Source: Cyclobacteriaceae bacterium SS2 (lineage in GTDB: Bacteria > Bacteroidota > Bacteroidia > Cytophagales > Cyclobacteriaceae). Taken from it: a stretch of 56,007 nt of DNA. Below, piece after piece: positions 46,643-56,007 of the stretch. The translations under genes and the position numbers were made by a program. Numbering within the stretch: the stretch's first letter is position 1; each line of letters begins with the position of its first letter. The notes below the pieces were generated by a model. The model saw only the letters and a program-made list of their open reading frames with translations, was not told the DNA's origin and did not search any database. The DNA lies in contig JAHCMM010000115.1 in assembly GCA_019192515.1 (NCBI GenBank), positions 1 to 56,007 of the forward strand, given 5' to 3'.

Positions 46643-48493
46643 ATGAAAAAATTAACATTTTTATTCCTAATTCTATTCATATCCGTAGCGGAAAAGCCAG
46701 TGTTCGTGGTGACCGGTACTGTATTCGATACGAACGGAGATGCCATTTCAGGTGTGACAGTAAGCGAACAGCAGACCAAATCCAGTACGACCACCAACTC
46801 AGAGGGTAAATACTCCATCAGTGTAAGTGGAGATCAGAGCATACTGGTTTTTTCGCGTCCTGGGTACGAAATACAGAAGGAGCGTGTGGGCAGCCGAAGG
46901 AAGATTGATTTAATCATGACGGCTGCCAAAATCAAAGCTGAAGAAGACAGGATCTCTCTTGAGATGGAGGCTCCAGCCGAAATGCCAGCACCCCCGACCC
47001 AATCAAGAGACCGAACCTATAAAAAGGCATTATATTCCAATGGCTATGGAGGCGCCATGATCATGCATGATCAACAGCCTGTTTTTAACACTGAAGAATA
47101 TGATGGGATCGAAGAAAATATCTTTCATCAATCAACTGATAAGCCACTATCTACTTTTTCAATAGATGTGGACGCAGCCTCATACAGCAATGTAAGAAGG
47201 TTTTTGAATCTTGGACAAAAGCCACCAAAAGATGCCGTTCGGATCGAAGAGATGATCAATTATTTTACTTATGATTACGAAGGCCCTACAGATAGTCATC
47301 CATTTTCAATCCACACTTCTTATAGCCAGGCACCCTGGAATGAAAAGCACCTGGTCGCTCACATTGGCCTGCAAGGCAAGCGAATTGATGTAGATGAGCT
47401 GCCACCTTCCAACCTGGTATTCCTGATCGACGTGTCAGGCTCCATGAGTGCTCAAAATAAGCTGCCGTTATTGAAGTCATCAATGAAAATGCTTGTGAAC
47501 GAAATGAGACCAAATGATAAGATCTCAATTGTGGTGTATGCAGGAGCCGCTGGCCTGGTTTTACCACCCACTGATGGGGAAAATAAAGCAGCCATTGTCA
47601 GTGCTCTTGAAAAGCTGCAAGCCGGGGGATCTACTGCTGGTGGTGCCGGGATCCAGCTGGCCTATAAGGTAGCTAAAGAGCAATTTGTGGATGGTGGAAA
47701 TAACAGGATCATTCTGGCCACAGATGGGGATTTCAACGTAGGGGCTTCCAGCAATGCGGAGATGCAAAGGTTGATTGAAGAAAAACGAAACCAGGGAATT
47801 TTCCTGACTGTACTGGGCTTTGGAATGGGCAACTATAAGGATTCTAAAATGGAGATCCTGGCGGATAAAGGCAATGGCAATTATGCTTATATCGACAATA
47901 TCCAGGAAGCGAAAAAAGTATTGGTGACCGAGTTTGGAGGAACGCTTTTTACCATTGCAAAAGATGTGAAAATCCAGGTAGAGTTTAATCCGGCAGAGGT
48001 TCAGGCATATCGTTTGATTGGCTATGAAAACAGAAAGCTGAGGGATGAGGACTTCAATGATGACACAAAAGACGCTGGGGAACTGGGAAGCGGACATACG
48101 GTCACAGCACTTTATGAAATCATACCAACTGGAGTTAATAGCGAGTTTGGATCATCAGTAGATCCTCTGAAATATCAAAATATTAAACCAGTCTCTAATA
48201 AATCCAGGGGGGAGTTGCTCACCATAAAATTCAGGTATAAGCAACCTGATGGAGACAAAAGTAATTTGATGGTGAGAACTATGGACAAAGATGATCTTAA
48301 CCCTCATGACAGGAATCTGCAATGGGCCACAGCTGTAGCTGGTTTTGGGATGCTGTTGAGAGATTCAGAGTTTAAAGGTGATCTTACTATTGACAAAGTA
48401 CTGAGTCAGGCAAAAACAGCAAAAGGAAGTGACGACTATGGATACAGGCGGGAATTTATCAGCCTGGTAGAGGTAGCCGGGAGAATTCAATGA
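46643..48493 (+). CDS. von Willebrand factor A domain protein (YfbK-like, with an N-terminal CarboxypepD_reg-like domain)
   Basis: 616 aa. VTGTVFDTNGDAISGVTVSEQ, the MIDAS motif LVFLIDVSGSM, and ILATDGDFNVG. Confidence 0.85.
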   Translation: MKKLTFLFLILFISVAEKPVFVVTGTVFDTNGDAISGVTVSEQQTKSSTTTNSEGKYSISVSGDQSILVFSRPGYEIQKERVGSRRKIDLIMTAAKIKAEEDRISLEMEAPAEMPAPPTQSRDRTYKKALYSNGYGGAMIMHDQQPVFNTEEYDGIEENIFHQSTDKPLSTFSIDVDAASYSNVRRFLNLGQKPPKDAVRIEEMINYFTYDYEGPTDSHPFSIHTSYSQAPWNEKHLVAHIGLQGKRIDVDELPPSNLVFLIDVSGSMSAQNKLPLLKSSMKMLVNEMRPNDKISIVVYAGAAGLVLPPTDGENKAAIVSALEKLQAGGSTAGGAGIQLAYKVAKEQFVDGGNNRIILATDGDFNVGASSNAEMQRLIEEKRNQGIFLTVLGFGMGNYKDSKMEILADKGNGNYAYIDNIQEAKKVLVTEFGGTLFTIAKDVKIQVEFNPAEVQAYRLIGYENRKLRDEDFNDDTKDAGELGSGHTVTALYEIIPTGVNSEFGSSVDPLKYQNIKPVSNKSRGELLTIKFRYKQPDGDKSNLMVRTMDKDDLNPHDRNLQWATAVAGFGMLLRDSEFKGDLTIDKVLSQAKTAKGSDDYGYRREFISLVEVAGRIQ

Positions 48494-48502
48494 TGGATGC
48501 TG

Positions 48503-48552
48503 TTGGGTGTCTTTAAGAAGTTCTACAACTTATTTGGCACCCAATTTTTTTA
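48503..48552 (+). terminator. intrinsic terminator after the vWA gene
   Basis: TTGGGTGTC (48503-48511) pairs with GGCACCCAA (48536-48544) including one G-U pair. There is an inner AAGTT/AACTT helix, then T7. Confidence 0.55.
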
Positions 48553-48595
48553 TCTTTTTTCCAAAATTCAGGCAACCCTTTAAACATTAATCATG

Positions 48596-48622
48596 GTATT
48601 CAGTTAATTGAATACTTTTTTT
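48596..48622 (+). terminator. second hairpin plus T-run, about 70 nt after the first
   Basis: GTATTCA-GTTAAT-TGAATAC followed by T7. Confidence 0.45.
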
Positions 48623-48753
48623 AGTAAAGTGTTTTTTGTCATTTACACATCACTTATCAATGAAATCTTTGACCAACGCAATGATATGAATGATAAATTA
48701 TGTAGATTAACACAAAGAATCACCATTTGTTAAATGCCTTGAATGATTAGAAC

Positions 48754-49332
48754 ATGAATAAATCACTTTTACTTGTACTAATTCCCATCCTGATTTTTGG
48801 TTGTCTTGCGGAGAGAGATTACATCGTGGAGTCGGATTATAGCTACCGGGGAAAATTCAGAAGATATAAAACCTTTGACTTTATGTCAACCAGCGACACA
48901 GTGGGTTACAATGGGTTAAGTGATAGTATGATCCGGGACGAGATCATGAGGAGACTGGAATCTCAGGGATACAGGTTTGACAAGGATAAACCGTCAATGC
49001 TTATCATTTATACAGTTTTTGGAGATGATCTTAAATTCAGGGGTTTTGATCAGATGGACCTTGAGTATTGGGATGAGAAATATAGCCTTATCGCTGAGTA
49101 TGACGATGAACTAGCTAAGATTGACGAGGCTGATTACAACAAGGTAAATTACGAACTTAAGCAGGGTACCTTGCTGATAGATTTTGTCGACAGTAAAACG
49201 CACAGTGTAATCTGGCAAGGTTATGCGAGCGGCCTATTCGATGACGCAAACTTCTTCAGTAAGGACATCAAATACGCCGTCCGCTCCATTCTCAACAAGT
49301 ATAAGCTTGTAGCCTATAACGAGAAGTTATAA
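48754..49332 (+). CDS. DUF4136-like lipoprotein
   Basis: 192 aa. Lipobox IFGC. The family call is tentative. Confidence 0.5.
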   Translation: MNKSLLLVLIPILIFGCLAERDYIVESDYSYRGKFRRYKTFDFMSTSDTVGYNGLSDSMIRDEIMRRLESQGYRFDKDKPSMLIIYTVFGDDLKFRGFDQMDLEYWDEKYSLIAEYDDELAKIDEADYNKVNYELKQGTLLIDFVDSKTHSVIWQGYASGLFDDANFFSKDIKYAVRSILNKYKLVAYNEKL

Positions 49333-49333
49333 C

Positions 49334-51637
49334 CTAGAAACGTATCCTGGTAGTCAGGAAAAAATTTCTTGGAGGCTGAATTAAAAATGCCGGATCCCCA
49401 TTGAAATCAGGGGCACCATAAGTGTAATATTGCCTGTCGAAGATGTTATTTAACATAAGCGCTACATTCACTTTATCTCCCAATCCCCACTGAACATTGA
49501 CATCAAAAGTTGACCAGCCTGGCACTTTTAGCTGCTCGTCATTTGTCAATTCCATGTATTGCTCAGTCATGAAATGATGTGTGAGGGTTAAGGCAAGGTT
49601 TCTTCTCAGGTGAACAGTCAGGTTTTCATTGCTGATCCACTCCGGGCTCAGAATATGCTGCCTGTCAGCATAAGTATTGTCACCAAATATTGTCACCTCA
49701 TCAATAGCTGTTTTCAAATACGCGGTGTTGCCATGCACATCCAGGTATTGGGTGGGTGACCACATCCAGCTGAGCTCCACTCCTTTTCGTGTACTCTGAG
49801 GTATGTTTTGTCTTTTTTGCACACCAAAAGCTACGACTTCACCAATTGGAGCAATTTCGTTCTGAAAATTCATGTAATACAGATTTCCTTCCAGAGAAAA
49901 CCTTTGCAGGTTTAGCTTATATCCTGCTTCAAAATCATGCACATACTCCGGTTCAAAACTATCTTCCGAACGCACAAAGTCAATATTGGATGCATTCAGC
50001 TGAAATCCTCCATATAGATCAAGCTTAGTTGGTTCGCGGCCGTTGAAGCCGTAAGAGAAATAGATTGTTTGATTTTGGTTAGGTAAGTAATTGATTCCGA
50101 GCTTTGGATTGACAAAGGTCCATGATTTGGTAATTGTGCCGTTGTCACTGGTACCAATGAAGTCATAATCAGGATCAATCTCCAGCTGCATGGATCGTAT
50201 CTGCAGATCTCCGAACACATTGAATTGCCCAACCTGGTAATCCAACTTTCCATACCAGCTCAATTCATTTTTGTTTGAGTTTTCCAGGTAGTACGGATTG
50301 GAATTGTGCGGTAAAATAGCCTCCCTGTTTTCTCGGTGGAAAGTATAGGCATGGATTCCCATCGACAGGTTCAATCTCTTTGTATTTAGAAAGATGTTGG
50401 AGATCAAACCAAAGTGGTCATTTTTTAGTGGATAGTTAATCTGGAAAAATGTTGTGTAATAAGTCCAGAAATAATTTTCCACATATACACTGTCATCATC
50501 CAGGGTACCTTCAGCAAAATCACCTCCGGCACCTCCATAATAGAGCGAAGAGCTCATATTCCACTGGCTGTTGAATTTATGACTGTGCTGAAGCTGTACC
50601 AGGTACTGCGAAAAATCGTCATTGTCATCGTCGATCAACAGGTTGTAGGTTGGGTCGTCATTTAAAGTTTGTTCATCTACCACATAGTAGCCCAGTCCAT
50701 TCTGTGACCTGGAAGTAAAAGCTGTCAAACGGACCATATCCCTGTCTCCATAGTAGCCACCGGTAAGAAAAAAGGAATAGGCATCTGACTCAGTAAAATC
50801 CTTGTATCCGTCGCTCCATAGCCTGCCGAAGCTGGAATAGAAACCAAATCCCTTCTCGGAGATCCCTGTATTTACATTGTAATTAGCCCGGAAGGTGTTG
50901 AATGATCCCGCTCCCAGTTCTACAGTACTCCCAACAGGATTTCTTTTCAGGTTGATAGACTCAAAATTTACTGATCCGCCATAGCTGGAGACTCCATTGG
51001 TAGAAGTTCCCACACCTCGCTGTACCTGAATGGATTCAAAGTTGTTGGAGATGTCAGAAAAGTTCGAAAAGAAAACACCATGGTCAATCATGTCATTGAG
51101 CGGGACGCCATTCAAAGTGAAGTTGATCCTTTCCTGACCGATACCTCTCAAGCGCATACTCCCGTAATTCCCAACGGAGGTTCCGGACTCAGAATAAGAG
51201 ATGATCCCCGGAGTCTTTTTGTCGAGTATGAAAATCGGGTGCTGGCCGACATACTCTTTCTCAATTTCCTGATGAGAAATAGTGGTTTTGGCCACCGGGT
51301 CATTTTCCAAAGCCCTTACACCACGGATCACCAGTGACTCCAGCTCATAATTTGATGTCATGGTGATATTCAGATTGGTCTGATCACCGACAACCAGGAC
51401 TTGTTCTTCATAACCAATATAACGAACGACCAGCGAGTCTCCAGTCCCGGCTTTTACTGAGAATTTACCTGCCTGATCCGTTAGTGTACCGTCGTAAGAA
51501 CCTTTGAGGGTCACGGTGGCACCCACCAGCGGGTCTCCATAAGTAGAATCTGTGACTTTGCCACTCACAAGACTTTGGGCAGTCACTAATAATACATTGC
51601 CAATCAGCGACAATGCAATCATTGAAAACTTTTTCAT
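49334..51637 (-). CDS. TonB-dependent receptor under TPP-riboswitch control (predicted thiamine or thiamine-precursor outer-membrane transporter)
   Basis: Signal peptide MKKFSMIALSLIGNVLLVTAQS (the track start at 51655 adds 6 aa). CarboxypepD_reg VSGKVTDSTYGDPLVGATVTLKG, plug region, C-terminus TTRIRF. The TPP aptamer lies immediately upstream. Confidence 0.88.
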   Translation of the reverse strand: MKKFSMIALSLIGNVLLVTAQSLVSGKVTDSTYGDPLVGATVTLKGSYDGTLTDQAGKFSVKAGTGDSLVVRYIGYEEQVLVVGDQTNLNITMTSNYELESLVIRGVRALENDPVAKTTISHQEIEKEYVGQHPIFILDKKTPGIISYSESGTSVGNYGSMRLRGIGQERINFTLNGVPLNDMIDHGVFFSNFSDISNNFESIQVQRGVGTSTNGVSSYGGSVNFESINLKRNPVGSTVELGAGSFNTFRANYNVNTGISEKGFGFYSSFGRLWSDGYKDFTESDAYSFFLTGGYYGDRDMVRLTAFTSRSQNGLGYYVVDEQTLNDDPTYNLLIDDDNDDFSQYLVQLQHSHKFNSQWNMSSSLYYGGAGGDFAEGTLDDDSVYVENYFWTYYTTFFQINYPLKNDHFGLISNIFLNTKRLNLSMGIHAYTFHRENREAILPHNSNPYYLENSNKNELSWYGKLDYQVGQFNVFGDLQIRSMQLEIDPDYDFIGTSDNGTITKSWTFVNPKLGINYLPNQNQTIYFSYGFNGREPTKLDLYGGFQLNASNIDFVRSEDSFEPEYVHDFEAGYKLNLQRFSLEGNLYYMNFQNEIAPIGEVVAFGVQKRQNIPQSTRKGVELSWMWSPTQYLDVHGNTAYLKTAIDEVTIFGDNTYADRQHILSPEWISNENLTVHLRRNLALTLTHHFMTEQYMELTNDEQLKVPGWSTFDVNVQWGLGDKVNVALMLNNIFDRQYYTYGAPDFNGDPAFLIQPPRNFFLTTRIRF

Positions 51638-51689
51638 TTTGTTATTATTAACCATTCACTGGGAAGAGGGGAACTCCCCATCAATTGGT

Positions 51690-51773
51690 TATCATACTCC
51701 CTACGCCGGCATTACCCGGATCAGGTTATTTGGGTATGATCTCAGCCTGAACTATTAGGCACCCCTTAGACTT
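51690..51773 (-). promoter_or_regulatory. TPP (THI-box) riboswitch aptamer
   Basis: The minus strand reads CTAAGGGGTGCC TAATAGTTCA GGCTGAGA TCAT ACCC AAATA ACCTGATCCGGGTAATGCCGGCGTAGGGAG. This is a near-perfect match to the conserved GGGGUGC...GCUGAGA...ACCC...ACCUGAUCUGGAUAAUGCCAGCGUAGGGA core. Confidence 0.93.
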
Positions 51774-51774
51774 G

Positions 51775-51782
51775 CAAAATTA
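51775..51782 (-). promoter_or_regulatory. -7 promoter box TAATTTTG just upstream of the TPP riboswitch
   Basis: The minus strand reads TAATTTTG, which fits TAnnTTTG. It sits about 5 nt before the first aptamer nucleotides. Confidence 0.5.
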
Positions 51783-51790
51783 TGGGATAA

Positions 51791-52309
51791 TTATTTTGTA
51801 AAAAAATCGTCGATCGCCTGCACAGCATTCGCTAGCCTAATATCCTCTATCCCGGAGACCAGCTTGTAGGGCAGTTTATGCTCAATCAGGTAATTTTCAT
51901 AAACTTCCAGAAAATGCTTTCGCAGCTGCGGATGCTCTCTTTGAGGGTCGTCTCTCCAGGGGAGGTCAATATTGGAGAGCAGATAAAAATCGTAAGGGAT
52001 CTTCTCAAGTTGCTCTTCTATAAATGGATCTGTATTTCCGTATTTATGATCACTCCATACTTTGATCACAATCAGGTTGGTGTCACAAATCAGCCATTCG
52101 TTGGCCATTTCCAGCTTATCTTTTTCCCATTCAATCTGGCCTTTGGCAATCTCCAACAGATCTTCCTGGGTATAGGCCTGTGGTAGTCTGTCGAGATAAA
52201 ACCGGGCATATTCCGGTACCCACTCGGTGTCGTAATGACGGGCCAGCTGTGCAGATAGTTCACTCTTACCAGTTGACTCCGGGCCAATCACCGCAATCTT
52301 CTTAATCAT
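51791..52309 (-). CDS. NadR-C-terminal-like (AAA_28) P-loop kinase, ribosylnicotinamide-kinase-like
   Basis: Start taken at MIKKIAVIGPESTGKSELS (Walker A). This overlaps the pnuC stop by 8 nt. The track ORF has a 38-aa upstream extension inside pnuC. Confidence 0.75.
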   Translation of the reverse strand: MIKKIAVIGPESTGKSELSAQLARHYDTEWVPEYARFYLDRLPQAYTQEDLLEIAKGQIEWEKDKLEMANEWLICDTNLIVIKVWSDHKYGNTDPFIEEQLEKIPYDFYLLSNIDLPWRDDPQREHPQLRKHFLEVYENYLIEHKLPYKLVSGIEDIRLANAVQAIDDFFTK

Positions 52310-52904
52310 AAGCCATATAAGTTTTTCTCCAGGCAAAGTATCCCATAGTTGCCAGGATGGTAAATACAAAGAATTGAAAGCTGGTGAGGTACAGCTCTTT
52401 ATAGTAATAGAGTGGCACGGCAATCAGATCAGTAATGATCCAGGCGATCCAGTTTTCCAGCTTTTTCCTGGCCATCAACCACATCCCTACAATGGCAGTA
52501 GTGGTAGTGACAGAATCCCAGTTGGGCACATCAGAGTCCGTAAAGTCAAGTCCGAATCGGATGAGCGCAAAAGATACAACCGCCAGCAAAATGGTAATTA
52601 ACCACTCCGTCCTGGTCAGCAGGGAAATCTTAATTTGAGTACGACTACCCGTATTGTTGGTCCAGAAATACCATCCATAGATGCTGGCCACCAGATAATA
52701 AAAGTTGATACCCGTATCTGCGTAGAGCTTATAGTTGAATGTGATGTAGATGTAAATGACCACGCTGATGATCCCTGTAGGATACACCAGAATGTTTTCT
52801 TTCATAGAAAACCAAACACTTAGCAATCCAAAGATGACAGCAATGGCTTCCAGACCATTCAATTGCAGGAATTGCTCCCAAAGCACATCGAAAAATTCTT
52901 TCAC
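52302..52904 (-). CDS. pnuC: PnuC-family vitamin (nicotinamide riboside or thiamine) transporter
   Basis: 200 aa, about 7 TM segments, W-rich motifs VWFSMKENILVYP, IYGWYFW, MWLMARKKLENWIAWIITD. Confidence 0.8.
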   Translation of the reverse strand: MKEFFDVLWEQFLQLNGLEAIAVIFGLLSVWFSMKENILVYPTGIISVVIYIYITFNYKLYADTGINFYYLVASIYGWYFWTNNTGSRTQIKISLLTRTEWLITILLAVVSFALIRFGLDFTDSDVPNWDSVTTTTAIVGMWLMARKKLENWIAWIITDLIAVPLYYYKELYLTSFQFFVFTILATMGYFAWRKTYMAYD

Positions 52905-52962
52905 GGCGCAAACATAAATTTATTTTCATCACAACCTTTAGAATCTAAACCTTTCCACGTAG

Positions 52963-54483
<1,521 letters not shown>

Positions 54484-54569
54484 AATACCTTAAAAAGGTA
54501 GTTTTCAGTCGTTTGCGGGCTTTAGTCATGTTTTTTAATTAGCCTGCCCCTCGTATTTTTGCACGACAC

Positions 54570-56007
54570 ATGCTTTCCATGAAATTAAAGACCAGGCTTA
54601 GCATATTAGGAGCTATTCTTTCATGGTTGCTGTTTATGTTTTTTGATATCTACGGGCTACTCGTGGATCGCTATGACATGAACGTAGCCCTGAGCCATCT
54701 GATCCCTCAGATATTTCTGACGTGCTTCATTGTGGCTATCCTGCTCTATTACCGCTTTATTATCTCCAAAGCGGAAAGCATCAACTTCATTGACCTTTTG
54801 TGGCGTGTGTTTCTTACGGGGCTTGTTACCACTGTTGTTTCTCTTTTAATCAGGTTATTCCTGAATGTATTTCGCAATAGCTCCATTATTCAGAATGAGA
54901 TTACGATCAATGTTTTATATCACATTGTAGGAGGGCTGGTTATCGTTTTCCTTGTTTCCACATTTGTGGTTTGGAAACGACTGATCCTGTATCAGAAGTC
55001 CAAGTCACTGATCCAGCTCTGGAACTTCTTTGAATATGCCCTGCTAGCCAGCTTGTTGTTCGACCTGTTTGACAACAAGTTGATGACTACCAACTTCAAT
55101 ATCTTCCTGATCTTTCTACTAGGTTTTGCCCTTGTATTATCATTCAACCTAAAGTGGATAGCTTATCTCAATTTTAAGCAGAAGTGGAAGAGTATCTTGT
55201 TCATCTTGCTGTCCGGGGTTTATGTCTATCATTTTTTGCTATTCCTGATCACCTTCTCATCTACGGAATCGCTGACCATTGACTTGCTTGACAGAGTTTT
55301 TGTCGTGGCGCTGTTGATCTTTATTTTGTTGTATGCAGTCATCGCGATCCTCGTCACACTCTTCAACCTGCCAACGTCTTCGGTTTTTGAGAGAAAGCTC
55401 CAGGAAGCAATTGACTTTCAAAAGTTAAGTCAGGCCATTCCTAGTGGTCAAAGCATCGAACAGACCTATGATGTGTTGCTTGACAGTTCTATGAGCGCGG
55501 TGTTTGCTGATGCAGCATGGATCGAGATGGATAGCCCCTCCAAAACACTCATTACCAGATCTATTGCGGACGATAAAGTAAAAGAGATTAAAGCAAGTGT
55601 GAAGGCTGATTATCTTCGGGCAGTTCTGGATAAAAAATTTGAAGGCAATTTCTCTAGTGGGAAGGCTTCCGGAATTGTCAAACATCCCGAGTACAAATCA
55701 ATCATTGCCCTACCGATCATGGTAAAAGGAAAGCAGGAAGGTTCACTGGTACTGCTACAGGAGGTGGTAGATGCTTTTAATCGTGAGATGGTGGACATCA
55801 TTGTCACCTTTGTGTCGCAAGCTAATGTATCCCTGGAGAATTTCAGACTCATCTCCGAAGCGCTTGAAAACGAGCGGTATAAGGAACAATTGAAGATTGC
55901 CAAAAGTGTGCAAAAGAGCTTACTTCCTTCTGCGCTCATCAGCACGAGTGATTTTGAGATTGATGCAGTGTCATTTGCGGCAGATGAGGTTGGTGGTGAC
56001 TACTATG
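54570..56007 (+). CDS. membrane-anchored GAF plus PP2C/SpoIIE-type serine phosphatase (RsbU-like), 3' end cut by the window edge
   Basis: Absent from the ORF track because it runs off the edge. Hand translation is stop-free for 479 codons. It shows about 8 TM segments, a GAF-like region, then ERYKEQLKIAKSVQKSLLP...FAADEVGGDYY, the characteristic start of the SpoIIE/PP2C domain. Confidence 0.75.
   Translation, partial: MLSMKLKTRLSILGAILSWLLFMFFDIYGLLVDRYDMNVALSHLIPQIFLTCFIVAILLYYRFIISKAESINFIDLLWRVFLTGLVTTVVSLLIRLFLNVFRNSSIIQNEITINVLYHIVGGLVIVFLVSTFVVWKRLILYQKSKSLIQLWNFFEYALLASLLFDLFDNKLMTTNFNIFLIFLLGFALVLSFNLKWIAYLNFKQKWKSILFILLSGVYVYHFLLFLITFSSTESLTIDLLDRVFVVALLIFILLYAVIAILVTLFNLPTSSVFERKLQEAIDFQKLSQAIPSGQSIEQTYDVLLDSSMSAVFADAAWIEMDSPSKTLITRSIADDKVKEIKASVKADYLRAVLDKKFEGNFSSGKASGIVKHPEYKSIIALPIMVKGKQEGSLVLLQEVVDAFNREMVDIIVTFVSQANVSLENFRLISEALENERYKEQLKIAKSVQKSLLPSALISTSDFEIDAVSFAADEVGGDYY

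Noticed and set aside
52310-52423. 38-aa upstream extension of the NadR-like kinase ORF
   Set aside because: The extension lies inside pnuC. The Walker-A motif follows directly after the internal Met at 52309, which gives the usual short overlap with the pnuC stop.

Overview
This window looks like a chromosomal stretch of a Bacteroidota genome, probably Cytophagia- or Flavobacteriia-like. The signs are a SusC/SusD pair, ECF-sigma/FecR modules, TonB-dependent receptors with CarboxypepD_reg-type N-termini, and TTTG / TAnnTTTG promoter boxes. I call about 50 protein genes, one tRNA-Val(TAC), one TPP riboswitch, several intrinsic terminators and a small family of hairpin repeats.

Most genes are housekeeping: murF, def, ruvX, dusB, cdsA, psd, ribD, prmC, guaB, rbsK and ggt. 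Three TonB-dependent uptake loci sit among them:
- 2199-10360: a receptor with an apparently Tat-exported aminotransferase and a GGT.
- 14933-23270: an ECF/FecR/SusC/SusD locus whose only enzyme is an apparently Tat-exported DHDPS/NAL-family lyase.
- 49334-52904: a TPP-riboswitch-controlled receptor next to pnuC and a NadR-like kinase.

Two genes cut by the window edges are absent from the supplied ORF track. I found them by hand translation (1-1593 minus strand, 54570-56007 plus strand).

I saw no CRISPR array, transposase, integrase, phage gene or recognisable defence gene, so I cannot name a clear-cut novel system. The best candidates for follow-up are:
- the modular hairpin-repeat array downstream of tRNA-Val, which also flanks a chimeric DUF4139 gene;
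- the two typically cytoplasmic enzymes that carry twin-arginine signals inside TonB-dependent uptake loci;
- an orphan minus-strand terminator plus promoter box, suggesting a cis-antisense sRNA opposite the susC 5' end.

All family assignments come from motif recognition by eye. No searches were run, and start codons are approximate.
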